Below, in pieces: positions 48,920 through 57,405 of a DNA stretch of 64,000 nt (its first letter is position 1; every line of letters begins with the position of its first letter). The position numbers and the translations under genes are program-made. The stretch is from contig CBDFLQ010000005.1 of assembly GCA_965249275.1 (NCBI GenBank), forward strand, positions 512,001 to 576,000, written 5' to 3'. Origin of the DNA: Dehalococcoidia bacterium. GTDB taxonomy: Bacteria > Chloroflexota > Dehalococcoidia > Plut-88900. The notes under the pieces are model-generated. The model saw only the letters and a program-made list of their open reading frames with translations. It made no database searches and was not told the origin of the DNA.

Positions 48920-49837
48920 ATGAAATTCGGGATATGCTTCGCACAGTACCAGGATGGTGTGCAGGTGCGGGAGTCGGTGCAGCTGGTGGAATCGGTTGGC
49001 TACGACTCCCTGTGGGTGACAGAGAACGTTCACAGCGGACCGGAGGCTTTGGAACCCATGGTGGTCCTGAGCCAATTCGCAGCGTATACGGAGCGGATCA
49101 CGATAGGGCCTGCGGTGGTGCTGCTGCCTCTCCGGAACCCTGTTGGATTCGCACACGCTGTGGCGACGGTCGACCACCTCTCGGAAGGGCGGTTCATACT
49201 TGGGGTTGGGTCGGGGGGGAACGCGGTTGAGGGGTATAAGGCCTACAGTGTGCCCTTGAGCGAGCGGGGCAAGCGGTGCGACGAAACGCTGGAGATAATG
49301 ACCAAGCTTTGGACTGGAGAACCAGTCACCTTTGAAGGGAAGTTCTCGCAGTTTTCGGACTACGCCCTGGGGGCGAGGCCGTATCAGCGACCTTTTCCGC
49401 CGATCTGGGTTGGGGGAGATGCTCCGGCGGTGCTTCGGCGGGCGGGGCGGTGGGGGGACGGGTTCATACCCGCGCACACGGCGCCGGCGGACACGGCGGA
49501 GATGTACGGGAAGATAGAAGGATATCGTCGCGAGTGTGGGAGGGAGTCGAGGGAGTTTGCGAATGGGATTTACCTGTACGTGAACTTCGGGGATTCTGCG
49601 GAGAGTGCACTGGAGGTAGCAAGGGCGACGCTGCTGGCTCGATACACGTACCCGGTTTACCATATCCACGCAGGGGTGAATGCCGTTCTGGGAACGGTGG
49701 AGGAGTGTGTGAGGGTGTTGAAGGAATACGAAGCAGCTGGGGCGACGCACGTTATTCTCGACCCGGTGTGTCCGGCGGGAGAGGTCCCGGCGACGGTGGA
49801 GAAGGTGGCGCGGGAGATAATGCCGCATTTCAAATAG
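48920..49837 (+). CDS. LLM-class flavin-dependent oxidoreductase
   Basis: GYDSLWVTE, LLPLRNP, ATVDHLSEGRFILGVG and PPIWVGG. Confidence 0.9.
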   Translation: MKFGICFAQYQDGVQVRESVQLVESVGYDSLWVTENVHSGPEALEPMVVLSQFAAYTERITIGPAVVLLPLRNPVGFAHAVATVDHLSEGRFILGVGSGGNAVEGYKAYSVPLSERGKRCDETLEIMTKLWTGEPVTFEGKFSQFSDYALGARPYQRPFPPIWVGGDAPAVLRRAGRWGDGFIPAHTAPADTAEMYGKIEGYRRECGRESREFANGIYLYVNFGDSAESALEVARATLLARYTYPVYHIHAGVNAVLGTVEECVRVLKEYEAAGATHVILDPVCPAGEVPATVEKVAREIMPHFK

Positions 49838-49852
49838 CAGAGGTGAATTAAC

Positions 49853-50773
49853 ATGTCAGACATCAAGTTCGGGGTGACTTATTCGGAGCGGGCGGACTTT
49901 ACGGACCTTCCGGCGTACGCTCAAAAGGTTGAAGAGCTGGGGTTAGACTCGATTTGGGTGACGGAGAACATAGGGTCGAGGGCTCCGGCGTTGGAGTGTT
50001 TCACGGCGTTGTCGTTCATGGCGGCCCATACGAGCAAGCTGATGGTGGGAACGTCCGTGATGCTGCTGCCGTTGCGGAACCCTGTGATGGTGGCGCAGAC
50101 GGTGGCGAGCCTGGACATCCTGTCCGGGGGAAGGGCGGTGCTGGGAGTCGGGGTGGGTAATGAAGGGCCCGACTTGAAAGCATACGGGGGCAACGTACGA
50201 CACAGGGCGAGCTGGTCGGACGAGGCGTTGGAGGTGATCAAGAGGTTGTGGACAGAGGATTCGGTGACGTTCCACGGAAAGCATTTTGACCTGGATGAAT
50301 ACCAGTTGGTCCCCAAACCGGTGCAGAAGCCTCACCCTCGGATACATGTCGGGGGAGGAGCGGCGTCGGTGGTGCGGAGGGCGGGCCGTTTCGCCGACTC
50401 ACTAATCCCTGTGAGCAAGACACCGGAGGAAGCAAAGGCGATGTTCGAGCGGGCGGAGGAGCAGGCGCGGGAGTCGGGGCGCGGGGACCCGGAGATGACG
50501 AGGGTGATGCACCTGTTCCTGTGCTTCTCGGGGAGTGCGGAGGAGTCGGCGGAGATAGCGTCGGGGGTGTTTACGCGGAGATATGGGAGTTCGACGACCG
50601 TGCCCGCGGACGCGCCTCATCTGCTGGGAACGGCAGACCAGATGCGGGAGATGCTGCAGGCGTTCGTAGACGTCGGGGTGACGGAGTTTGTGTTGAATGT
50701 CGTGTGTCCGCCGGAAGAGGGGATATCGCAGGTTGAGCGGTTTGCGAAAGAGGTGATGGCGGGGTTTCGGTAG
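49853..50773 (+). CDS. LLM-class flavin-dependent oxidoreductase
   Basis: GLDSIWVTE, LLPLRNP, SLDILSGGRAVLGVG and PKPVQKPHP. Confidence 0.9.
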   Translation: MSDIKFGVTYSERADFTDLPAYAQKVEELGLDSIWVTENIGSRAPALECFTALSFMAAHTSKLMVGTSVMLLPLRNPVMVAQTVASLDILSGGRAVLGVGVGNEGPDLKAYGGNVRHRASWSDEALEVIKRLWTEDSVTFHGKHFDLDEYQLVPKPVQKPHPRIHVGGGAASVVRRAGRFADSLIPVSKTPEEAKAMFERAEEQARESGRGDPEMTRVMHLFLCFSGSAEESAEIASGVFTRRYGSSTTVPADAPHLLGTADQMREMLQAFVDVGVTEFVLNVVCPPEEGISQVERFAKEVMAGFR

Positions 50774-50836
50774 GGGGGAGTCAAGTGATGGGGTAGTGTG
50801 ACTGGCAGCAAGTGAGGTGGCTGGTAAGCCGACGCC

Positions 50837-51118
50837 TTAGATCCCTCGCGGGGCCTCGGGATGACATGGGCTAAAGGGACGAGGAGGAAGGGATAGTCGC
50901 TCGAATTCCTGATCGTCCTGGGGCATCTGGAGGAGTAAGTCACTGAAAGTCGGGGCGTTGGCCTTCTCCAGACGGCAGAGGCGCTCGTATTCCTCGGCGG
51001 ACAAAACGACCACGGCGGGTTTCCCCCGACGAGTCACTAACTGAGGCTCGCCTGATAGCGCATCATTGACCAGTGCGCTGAACTTGGTCTCCGCTGTATG
51101 TATATCCCATTGAGTCAT
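50837..51118 (-). CDS. Phd/YefM-family antitoxin with no adjacent toxin
   Basis: W....A..KFSALV..A....PQLVTRRGKPAVVVLS.EEYERL. The C-terminus runs into a family D repeat. Confidence 0.82.
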   Translation of the reverse strand: MTQWDIHTAETKFSALVNDALSGEPQLVTRRGKPAVVVLSAEEYERLCRLEKANAPTFSDLLLQMPQDDQEFERLSLPPRPFSPCHPEAPRGI

Positions 51119-51335
51119 GGCTTTGTACTGCTAGATTATAAGACACCCGTTTATTGGGGATGAACGTTTCTTAGTATATAGATTCGAGGAGGGAAGGGGA
51201 TGGATTCCGGAGGTTGGGGGCCGGAATGACGGGTGGTAATTCTGTTGCGCCCCTTCCGAGGTGACGGGGAGAGGGCAGGCACGAGACCAGCCCCTACGGG
51301 GAATGGGAATAAAGAGGGGCACCCTTACCCGTCGA

Positions 51336-51461
51336 GGGACCTTTGCATAACTACAGATTGCCTCCGGCGAGCTGTCCAGATCAATTGATCTCCACCCCCC
51401 GCTCATACTTCGAGAGCCTCAGCACGAGCGGCCCCACGCAGGGGGGTTATGCAATGGTCTG
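51336..51461 (+). mobile_element. MITE-B (126 bp) with perfect 5-bp target duplication
   Basis: GTCGA[GGGACCTTTGCATAAC...GTTATGCAATGGTCTG]GTCGA within a family A remnant. Confidence 0.85.
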
Positions 51462-51561
51462 GTCGAGGGAGGGGGGATGGTGTGGGGCGTTGCGTGGGGG
51501 TGGGGGGTCTGATATTCTTTTTCAGCCCTTGGATAGGGGCTTTATTACTAGGAGGTATCCC

Positions 51562-52896
51562 ATGACCGGCAAAGGCCCCGAGACTATCGCGTACAGGTCC
51601 GAAGCGTCGCGGTCCAAACAGCTCTACGAGCAGGGCCTGAGGGTGCTGCCGGGGGGGAACAGCCGACACTCGGTGACGATGAATCCGTACCCGATCTACG
51701 TGAGCAGTGCGAACGGGTTCAAGGTGAAGGATGTCGAAGGGGAAGAGCGGCTGGACTTCATCAATAACATGACGTCTCTGATCCACGGGCACGCGCACCC
51801 GTCGATCGTGGAAGCCGTCAGCAAGCAGCTGGAGAGAGGCACGGCATTCGCGATGCCGACGGAGCCCGAGCTGGAACTGGCGAACCTGCTGGTCGACCGG
51901 ATCGACTCCATAGACAAGATCCGGTTCTGCAACTCGGGGAGCGAGGCGGTGATGCTGTCGATCAAGGCGGCTCGGGCTCGGACGGGCAAGTACAAGATCG
52001 CCAAGATCGAGGGCGCCTACCACGGGAGCTATGACTACGCCCAGGTGAGCGAGGCCGCCAACCCCGGCGAGTGGGGCGACCCGGTTATGCCGACAAGCGT
52101 GTCGGAGCTGAGCGTATCGCCTGCGGTCACCAATGAAGTGATCGCGATGCCCTGGAACAACATTGACGCTTGCGCCTCGATAATAGAGCAGCACAAGGAC
52201 GAGCTGGCGGCCGTGATTATCGACCCCCTGCCTGCGGCGCTCGGGTGGATTCCGCCCAAGCCGGGGTTCCTGGAGTCGATAAGACGAATAACGCAGGACT
52301 ACGGGATACTTCTGATCTCGGACGAGGTCATCAGCTTCCGGCTCTCCTATAAGGGAGCGCTCGAGCAACATGGGATCAATCCGGACATCACCGCGCTGGC
52401 TAAAATAATCGGGGGCGGGTTCCCTGTGGGGGCGGTGGCAGGCACGGACGACGTGATGGAAGTCTTCGACCACAGGTCGGGGCACCAGGTCCATCACGGA
52501 GGCACATTCAACGCGAACCCGGTGACGATGACGGCGGGCCTGACGGCGATGAAGATGATGACGCCGGAGGCGTTCGACCGGATAGGCGGGCTGGGCGACT
52601 ACGTGAGAGGTAAGCTGAACGACCTGGTTGTGCGGAAAGAAGTGCCGGCGCAGATCACGGGTTCCGGATCTCTGTTCTGGTTCCACCTGACGGACAAAGC
52701 GATGAACGATTTCCGGGACTTCTCGGCCTCCGGGCCGGGGCAGGAGACGTTCAACAAGTTTACCCACGAGATGCTGGGCCACGGGATTATCTACGCGGGC
52801 CGGGGGATGAGCTGCATCTCGACGGTGATGGGACACGAGGAGATGGATGCGTACGTGGATGCGGTGGATGCGTCGCTGGATGCGATAGGGTACTAG
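51562..52896 (+). CDS. Class III PLP aminotransferase (glutamate-1-semialdehyde aminomutase-like)
   Basis: LPGGNSR, RFCNSGSEA, GAYHG, LISDEVISFR, AKIIGGGFPVGA and GTFNANP; GGAGG RBS before ATG 51562. Confidence 0.9.
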   Translation: MTGKGPETIAYRSEASRSKQLYEQGLRVLPGGNSRHSVTMNPYPIYVSSANGFKVKDVEGEERLDFINNMTSLIHGHAHPSIVEAVSKQLERGTAFAMPTEPELELANLLVDRIDSIDKIRFCNSGSEAVMLSIKAARARTGKYKIAKIEGAYHGSYDYAQVSEAANPGEWGDPVMPTSVSELSVSPAVTNEVIAMPWNNIDACASIIEQHKDELAAVIIDPLPAALGWIPPKPGFLESIRRITQDYGILLISDEVISFRLSYKGALEQHGINPDITALAKIIGGGFPVGAVAGTDDVMEVFDHRSGHQVHHGGTFNANPVTMTAGLTAMKMMTPEAFDRIGGLGDYVRGKLNDLVVRKEVPAQITGSGSLFWFHLTDKAMNDFRDFSASGPGQETFNKFTHEMLGHGIIYAGRGMSCISTVMGHEEMDAYVDAVDASLDAIGY

Positions 52897-52942
52897 GGGC
52901 AAAGGGGGAGACATTCACTCCCTCAAAAGAAAACGCAATAAC

Positions 52943-52977
52943 CGGGCGTCACATGTGCAAAAAGCATGTGACGCCCG
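52943..52977. terminator. 13-bp GC-rich hairpin, possibly a terminator or processing stem
   Basis: CGGGCGTCACATG-N9-CATGTGACGCCCG with no clear U-tract. Confidence 0.4.
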
Positions 52978-53033
52978 CATTGTAGGCAGGAGATGGAGCT
53001 GCCAGAGGGGACACTCTCCCTAGCAGCGTAAGA

Positions 53034-54242
53034 ATGGATAATTGGCTTTCCCATTTAAAGGTCCTCGACGTCAGCAACGGCATTGGGGGGGCTTTTTGTG
53101 CGAGGCTGCTGGGGCGGGGAGGGGCGGAGGTCTTGAAGGTCGAGCCTCCGGTCTCGGGGGACCCGGTGCGGGCTTTGGCGCCGTTTTACAACGATCTACC
53201 GGGGCGGGAGAGCAGCGGTCTTTTTCTCTACCTGAACAGCGGTAAGCGGAGCATAACCCTAGACCTGACCAGAGCCTCGGGGAGGCGGATTTTCCGGCGC
53301 CTGGCCGAAGAAGCGGACGTGCTGGTGGAGAGCTTCGATCCGGGGTATCTGGAAGAGATGGGGCTCGGATATGACGAATTGAGATCCACGAATCCGGGGC
53401 TGGTACAGATTTCGGTGTCGGATTTCGGGCAGTGGGGCCCGTATGCGGGGTACAAGGCAAACGAGCTGATTGAGCACGCGATAAGCGGGCTGATGTACCC
53501 CACCGGGTTCCCCGACCAAGAACCAGTGCCGTCAGGCGGGCTACTGCCTCAGTTCAAGTCCGGGATGTCGGGGGTGATAGCGGCGCTTTCAGCCCTGCAT
53601 TGGCGGGAGGTGTCGGGGGAGGGGCAGCAGGTGGACGTGTCGATGTTGGAGGTGGCGGCGAATTTCCTGGAGACGACGCTCGTGCTGTACACGTATCAGG
53701 GGGTCGTGAGGGGCAGGACGGGCAGTTCACTTTCGCCGCCGACGCCCCTGTGCGACATGTACCAGACCAAGGACGGCTATATGATCGTGACCTCTCTAAC
53801 GCAACAGCAGCGGCAATCGCTGTTCGAGATGATAGGGCACCCGGAGTTGGTGGACTCGTTCGAATCAGCGCTTTCGAGAGCCATACCGGAAGAGGCAAAG
53901 CAGACACTTTGGGACTCCATCGGGGCATGGTTGGGGGAGATGGAGAGTGACGAGGCATTTGAGCTATCACAACTGCTGAGGATACCTTGCGCCAAGGTCG
54001 ACACGCCCAGGGACATGCTCAGAGACCAGCACCTGAGAGAGCGCGGGTTCTTCAAGACGCTGGAGCACCCGAAGTTTGGGGATATTGCGTTTCCCGGCAC
54101 GGGGCTGACGGTGATGGGGGAAGAGACGCCTGCACCGGAAATGGCTCCGGCACTGGGGGAGGCGAACCGGGAGGTGTATCAGCAGAGATTGGGGATATCT
54201 ACAAGGGAGATGGCGATGCTGGGCTCGGGGCAGGTGATATAG
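53034..54242 (+). CDS. Class III (CaiB/BaiF) CoA-transferase, subunit apparently lacking the catalytic Asp
   Basis: GAEVLKVEPP..GD, LNSGKRSITLDL, GQQVDVS and APALGE. Confidence 0.88.
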   Translation: MDNWLSHLKVLDVSNGIGGAFCARLLGRGGAEVLKVEPPVSGDPVRALAPFYNDLPGRESSGLFLYLNSGKRSITLDLTRASGRRIFRRLAEEADVLVESFDPGYLEEMGLGYDELRSTNPGLVQISVSDFGQWGPYAGYKANELIEHAISGLMYPTGFPDQEPVPSGGLLPQFKSGMSGVIAALSALHWREVSGEGQQVDVSMLEVAANFLETTLVLYTYQGVVRGRTGSSLSPPTPLCDMYQTKDGYMIVTSLTQQQRQSLFEMIGHPELVDSFESALSRAIPEEAKQTLWDSIGAWLGEMESDEAFELSQLLRIPCAKVDTPRDMLRDQHLRERGFFKTLEHPKFGDIAFPGTGLTVMGEETPAPEMAPALGEANREVYQQRLGISTREMAMLGSGQVI

Positions 54243-54257
54243 GGATGGGAGCTTGAA

Positions 54258-55502
54258 TTGAAACATCTGCCGTTAAGCGACGTAAGAGTCGTTGATCTCA
54301 CCCGGTATTGGGCAGGGCCGTACGCGACGCAGCTCATGGGGTCGCTGGGGGCGGAGGTGATACGGGTCGAGGCGACCGTATACGTGGATGCGGTGAGGTA
54401 CATGCTTCCACCGGACGGGATAGAGGATACAGAGGACCCACATAACCGGGGCTCCTATTTTCATATGGGAAACCGGAACAAGGACAGTATCGCTCTGGAC
54501 CTGCAGACTGAGCGGGGCCGCGACCTTATGCTGGAGCTGGTCTCGATTGCGGATGTGGTAATCGAGAATTACAGCGCACGGGTGATGGGTAATCTGCGGT
54601 TGGACTACGACGACCTGAGGAAGGTGAGGCCGGACCTGATAATGATAAGCATGCCGTCCTTCGGACGGTCTGGGCCTTACAGGGACTACGTGTGCTTTGG
54701 AGAGGCCCTGGAAGGTATGACGGGGCTTTCCCACCTGACGGGGCACCCGGACGGGCCGCCGGTACGTTCTTCGGGGGCGTTCACGGACCCGGCGTCGGGG
54801 ATGTGGGGGGTGTATGCGGTGCTGGCTGCTTTGGAGAGGAGACGGCGGACGGGCAAAGGGGCTCGGATGGACCTGTCTCAGCAGGAGGGCTACATCGGCC
54901 TGCTGGGTGACGCAGTCCTGGACTACACGATGAACGGGCGGGTGCGGAAGCGTCTCGGGAACCGGCACCCTTCCAGGACACCGCAAGGCGCGTACCGGTG
55001 CAAGGGCGAGGATGAGTGGGTGGCGATCTCGGCGGGGAGCGATGCGGAATGGGAGTCGTTGTGCCGGGCACTGGGTCGGGAAGACCTGCTCGAAGAGCAA
55101 CGATATCGGCATATCTTGAGCAGATTTCGGCTGCAGGAAGAGATTGACGAGGCGATAAACGCGTGGACGTCGGGGTTGGGGGCTAGGGATGTGATGGCTC
55201 GGCTGCAAGGGGTGGGTGTGCATTGCGGAATCGTCTCCAAGGCAAACGACCTATTCGAAGATCCACACTTCAAAGAGAGAGGGTTTTTCGAGACGACGGA
55301 GCATGCGTCGGTGGGGGAATACTCTCACTTTGGCATACCGTTCAAGATGTCGAAGACGCCGGGAGGGAGCCATGCACCGGCACCCCGATATGGCGAGCAC
55401 AACCGCCGGGTGTTCTGCGATATGCTGGGATTGGGGGAGGAAGAGTATGCGGGGTTGCTCGGGACGAGGGTATCTGCGGAAGCGCCGTTGATCGGAGACT
55501 AG
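54258..55502 (+). CDS. Class III (CaiB/BaiF) CoA-transferase, catalytic subunit
   Basis: WAGP, GAEVIRVE, NRNKDSIALDL, AFTDPASG, GNRHP...PQGAYRC and APRYGEHN; TTG start. Confidence 0.9.
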   Translation: MKHLPLSDVRVVDLTRYWAGPYATQLMGSLGAEVIRVEATVYVDAVRYMLPPDGIEDTEDPHNRGSYFHMGNRNKDSIALDLQTERGRDLMLELVSIADVVIENYSARVMGNLRLDYDDLRKVRPDLIMISMPSFGRSGPYRDYVCFGEALEGMTGLSHLTGHPDGPPVRSSGAFTDPASGMWGVYAVLAALERRRRTGKGARMDLSQQEGYIGLLGDAVLDYTMNGRVRKRLGNRHPSRTPQGAYRCKGEDEWVAISAGSDAEWESLCRALGREDLLEEQRYRHILSRFRLQEEIDEAINAWTSGLGARDVMARLQGVGVHCGIVSKANDLFEDPHFKERGFFETTEHASVGEYSHFGIPFKMSKTPGGSHAPAPRYGEHNRRVFCDMLGLGEEEYAGLLGTRVSAEAPLIGD

Positions 55503-55522
55503 CAGGGCCAAGGGAGAAGCAG

Positions 55523-56284
55523 ATGGGCGACAGCAGTGACATAACCGGCGAAGTGGCGATAGTGACGGGTGCGGCGCAGGGAATTGGGAGAGGTATAGCG
55601 CACGTTCTGGCGGAGGCGGGTGTGAAGATCGTGATTGGAGACATTCAGCCCGCGGACAGGACGGTGTCGGAGATCAGGGGGATGGGTGGGGAGGCGGTGA
55701 GCATGGTTATGGACACAAGCCAGCCCCGGGAGGCGGAAGCGCTAGTGGAGCGGGTGGTCGAGGAGTACGGCCGGCTGGACATCCTGGTGAACAACGCGGG
55801 GATAGATGCGCCGAGGGGCAACGCGTGGGACCTGCCGGACGAGGAATGGCGTCGGGTGATAGACGTGAACGTAAACGGGGTGTTCTACTGCTCCAGGGCG
55901 GCGCTAGGTCCGATGATGAAGGCAGGCAAGGGGTTCATCGTTAGTATGAGCTCCCAGGCGGCGCGGGTCGGGGAGCCGGGGATGTCTCCCGCGTACAACG
56001 CCAGCAAGGCGGCGCTATTGGGCATGACGATGGAGTTTGCGATACAGGTGGCTGACAAGGGGATCAGGGTGGTGGCGCTGATGCCGGGGGCGATCGACTC
56101 CCGGGAGCCGGGGTGGAGCGAGGAGAGGAAAGCCGAGGTGCTGCTTGAGTATCCCCTGGGTATCGGGACGCCGCGGGACATAGGGGAGATGATTCGGCAC
56201 CTGGCGAGCCCGGCGGCGAAATGGGTGTCGGGGACGGCGGTACAGCTGACCGGGGGATATCAGAGAGGCGTGTCATGGTTTTAG
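55523..56284 (+). CDS. SDR-family NAD(P)-dependent oxidoreductase
   Basis: TGAAQGIG, NNAG, YNASK. Start reassigned to ATG 55523. Confidence 0.92.
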   Translation: MGDSSDITGEVAIVTGAAQGIGRGIAHVLAEAGVKIVIGDIQPADRTVSEIRGMGGEAVSMVMDTSQPREAEALVERVVEEYGRLDILVNNAGIDAPRGNAWDLPDEEWRRVIDVNVNGVFYCSRAALGPMMKAGKGFIVSMSSQAARVGEPGMSPAYNASKAALLGMTMEFAIQVADKGIRVVALMPGAIDSREPGWSEERKAEVLLEYPLGIGTPRDIGEMIRHLASPAAKWVSGTAVQLTGGYQRGVSWF

Positions 56285-57039
56285 ATTACGAAGTGCGGGA
56301 CAGGATTGCGTATATCACCCTGAACAGGCCGCGGGCGATGAACGCGATGAACGAGGAGTTGAAGCAGAAGCTGGCCGATGCGATAGAGGAAGTTGACCGG
56401 GACCCGGATGTCTGGGTTGCGATTGTCACGGGAGCAGGGGGCAAGGCTTTCAGCGCCGGGGGAGACCTGAAAGAGTACGTGAATCGGGAGTTGGAAGGGC
56501 CGGGGCAGCCGTACACGATGTTCAAGCACTACGATCAACCGATGTCGGTTAAGCCGTTCATTGCGGCAGTCAACGGGTATTGTTTAGCCGGTGGGCTGGA
56601 GTTGGCGCTTGCCTGCGATATCAGGATTTCGTCGGAGAGTGCATCGTTTGGGTCGCCGGAGGTGAGATGGGGGCTGCTGCACGGGTATGGGGCGATGCGC
56701 CTGCCGAAGATGGTGGGGATGGCGGAGGCTATGGAGATTCTGCTGACGGGGGATTTCATTGATGCGGAGAAGGCGTTGCGGATCGGGCTGGTCAGCCGGG
56801 TGGTGGCACAGGAAGAGTTGATGCCGACGGCGGAGTCGATAGCGCGGCGGATATGTGAGAACGCGCCTTTGTCGGTGAGGGTTACGAAGGAGCTGGCCTA
56901 CCGGGGTTCGAATATGCCTCATAGCGAGGGCCTGCACCTGGTACACACTCTGATGAGCGCGTTGTACGAGAGCAAGGACAGCAAGGAAGGGCCGCGGGCG
57001 TTTTCGGAGAAGAGGAAGCCCGAGTACGGGGCTCGGTAG
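56275..57039 (+). CDS. Enoyl-CoA hydratase/isomerase (crotonase family)
   Basis: ITLNRP..MNA, AFSAGGDL, KPFIAAVNGYCLAGGLELALACD, PEVRWG and EGPRAFSEKR. Confidence 0.92.
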   Translation: MVLDYEVRDRIAYITLNRPRAMNAMNEELKQKLADAIEEVDRDPDVWVAIVTGAGGKAFSAGGDLKEYVNRELEGPGQPYTMFKHYDQPMSVKPFIAAVNGYCLAGGLELALACDIRISSESASFGSPEVRWGLLHGYGAMRLPKMVGMAEAMEILLTGDFIDAEKALRIGLVSRVVAQEELMPTAESIARRICENAPLSVRVTKELAYRGSNMPHSEGLHLVHTLMSALYESKDSKEGPRAFSEKRKPEYGAR

Positions 57040-57072
57040 GGGGGAATCACCCTCACCCTAGCCCTCTCCGGG

Positions 57073-57123
57073 TGTATAGACCGGGGACATGGGTAACAGT
57101 TGTTCGGGGAGATAGGTAACACA
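57073..57123 (+). mobile_element. Solo IS481-like end at the loop position of a family A hairpin
   Basis: TGTATAGACCGGGGACATGGGTAACAGTTGTTCGGGGAGATAGGTAACACA directly after CACCCTCACCCTAGCCCTCTCCGGG. Confidence 0.55.
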
Positions 57124-57405
57124 TTCTATCGACTTAGATCCCGCCTCGGCGCATCTTCGACAGGGCGAGCGGAGTACCCCGCCCTTAGGAATGGAAAGTC
57201 CGTACATCGTGGGCGGGTTGTGGGGTGAGGAGCGTGCGGGGCGTTAGGGCGATTGGCCAATCGCCCCTACGGAAGGGAGAGGGGACTGGCCCCCCACCGC
57301 TCATACTTCGACGGGCTCCCGCCGCAGGCGGATCTTCGGCAGGGCGAGCGGCTCGCCATCCTCCCGACGCAAAAGTCCCGTTGAGGGGGAGGGGATTGGG
57401 GGCGG

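Noticed and set aside
51403-52914. 503-aa minus-strand ORF (and similar shadows such as 47766-48824, 48770-49828 and 21644-22870)
   Set aside because: Antisense shadows of well-supported genes, expected from high-GC codon bias.
32412-57039. Integron cassette array
   Set aside because: No integrase is present, the spacers do not show attC R''/R' (RYYYAAC...GTTRRRY) boundaries, and several genes have their own promoters.
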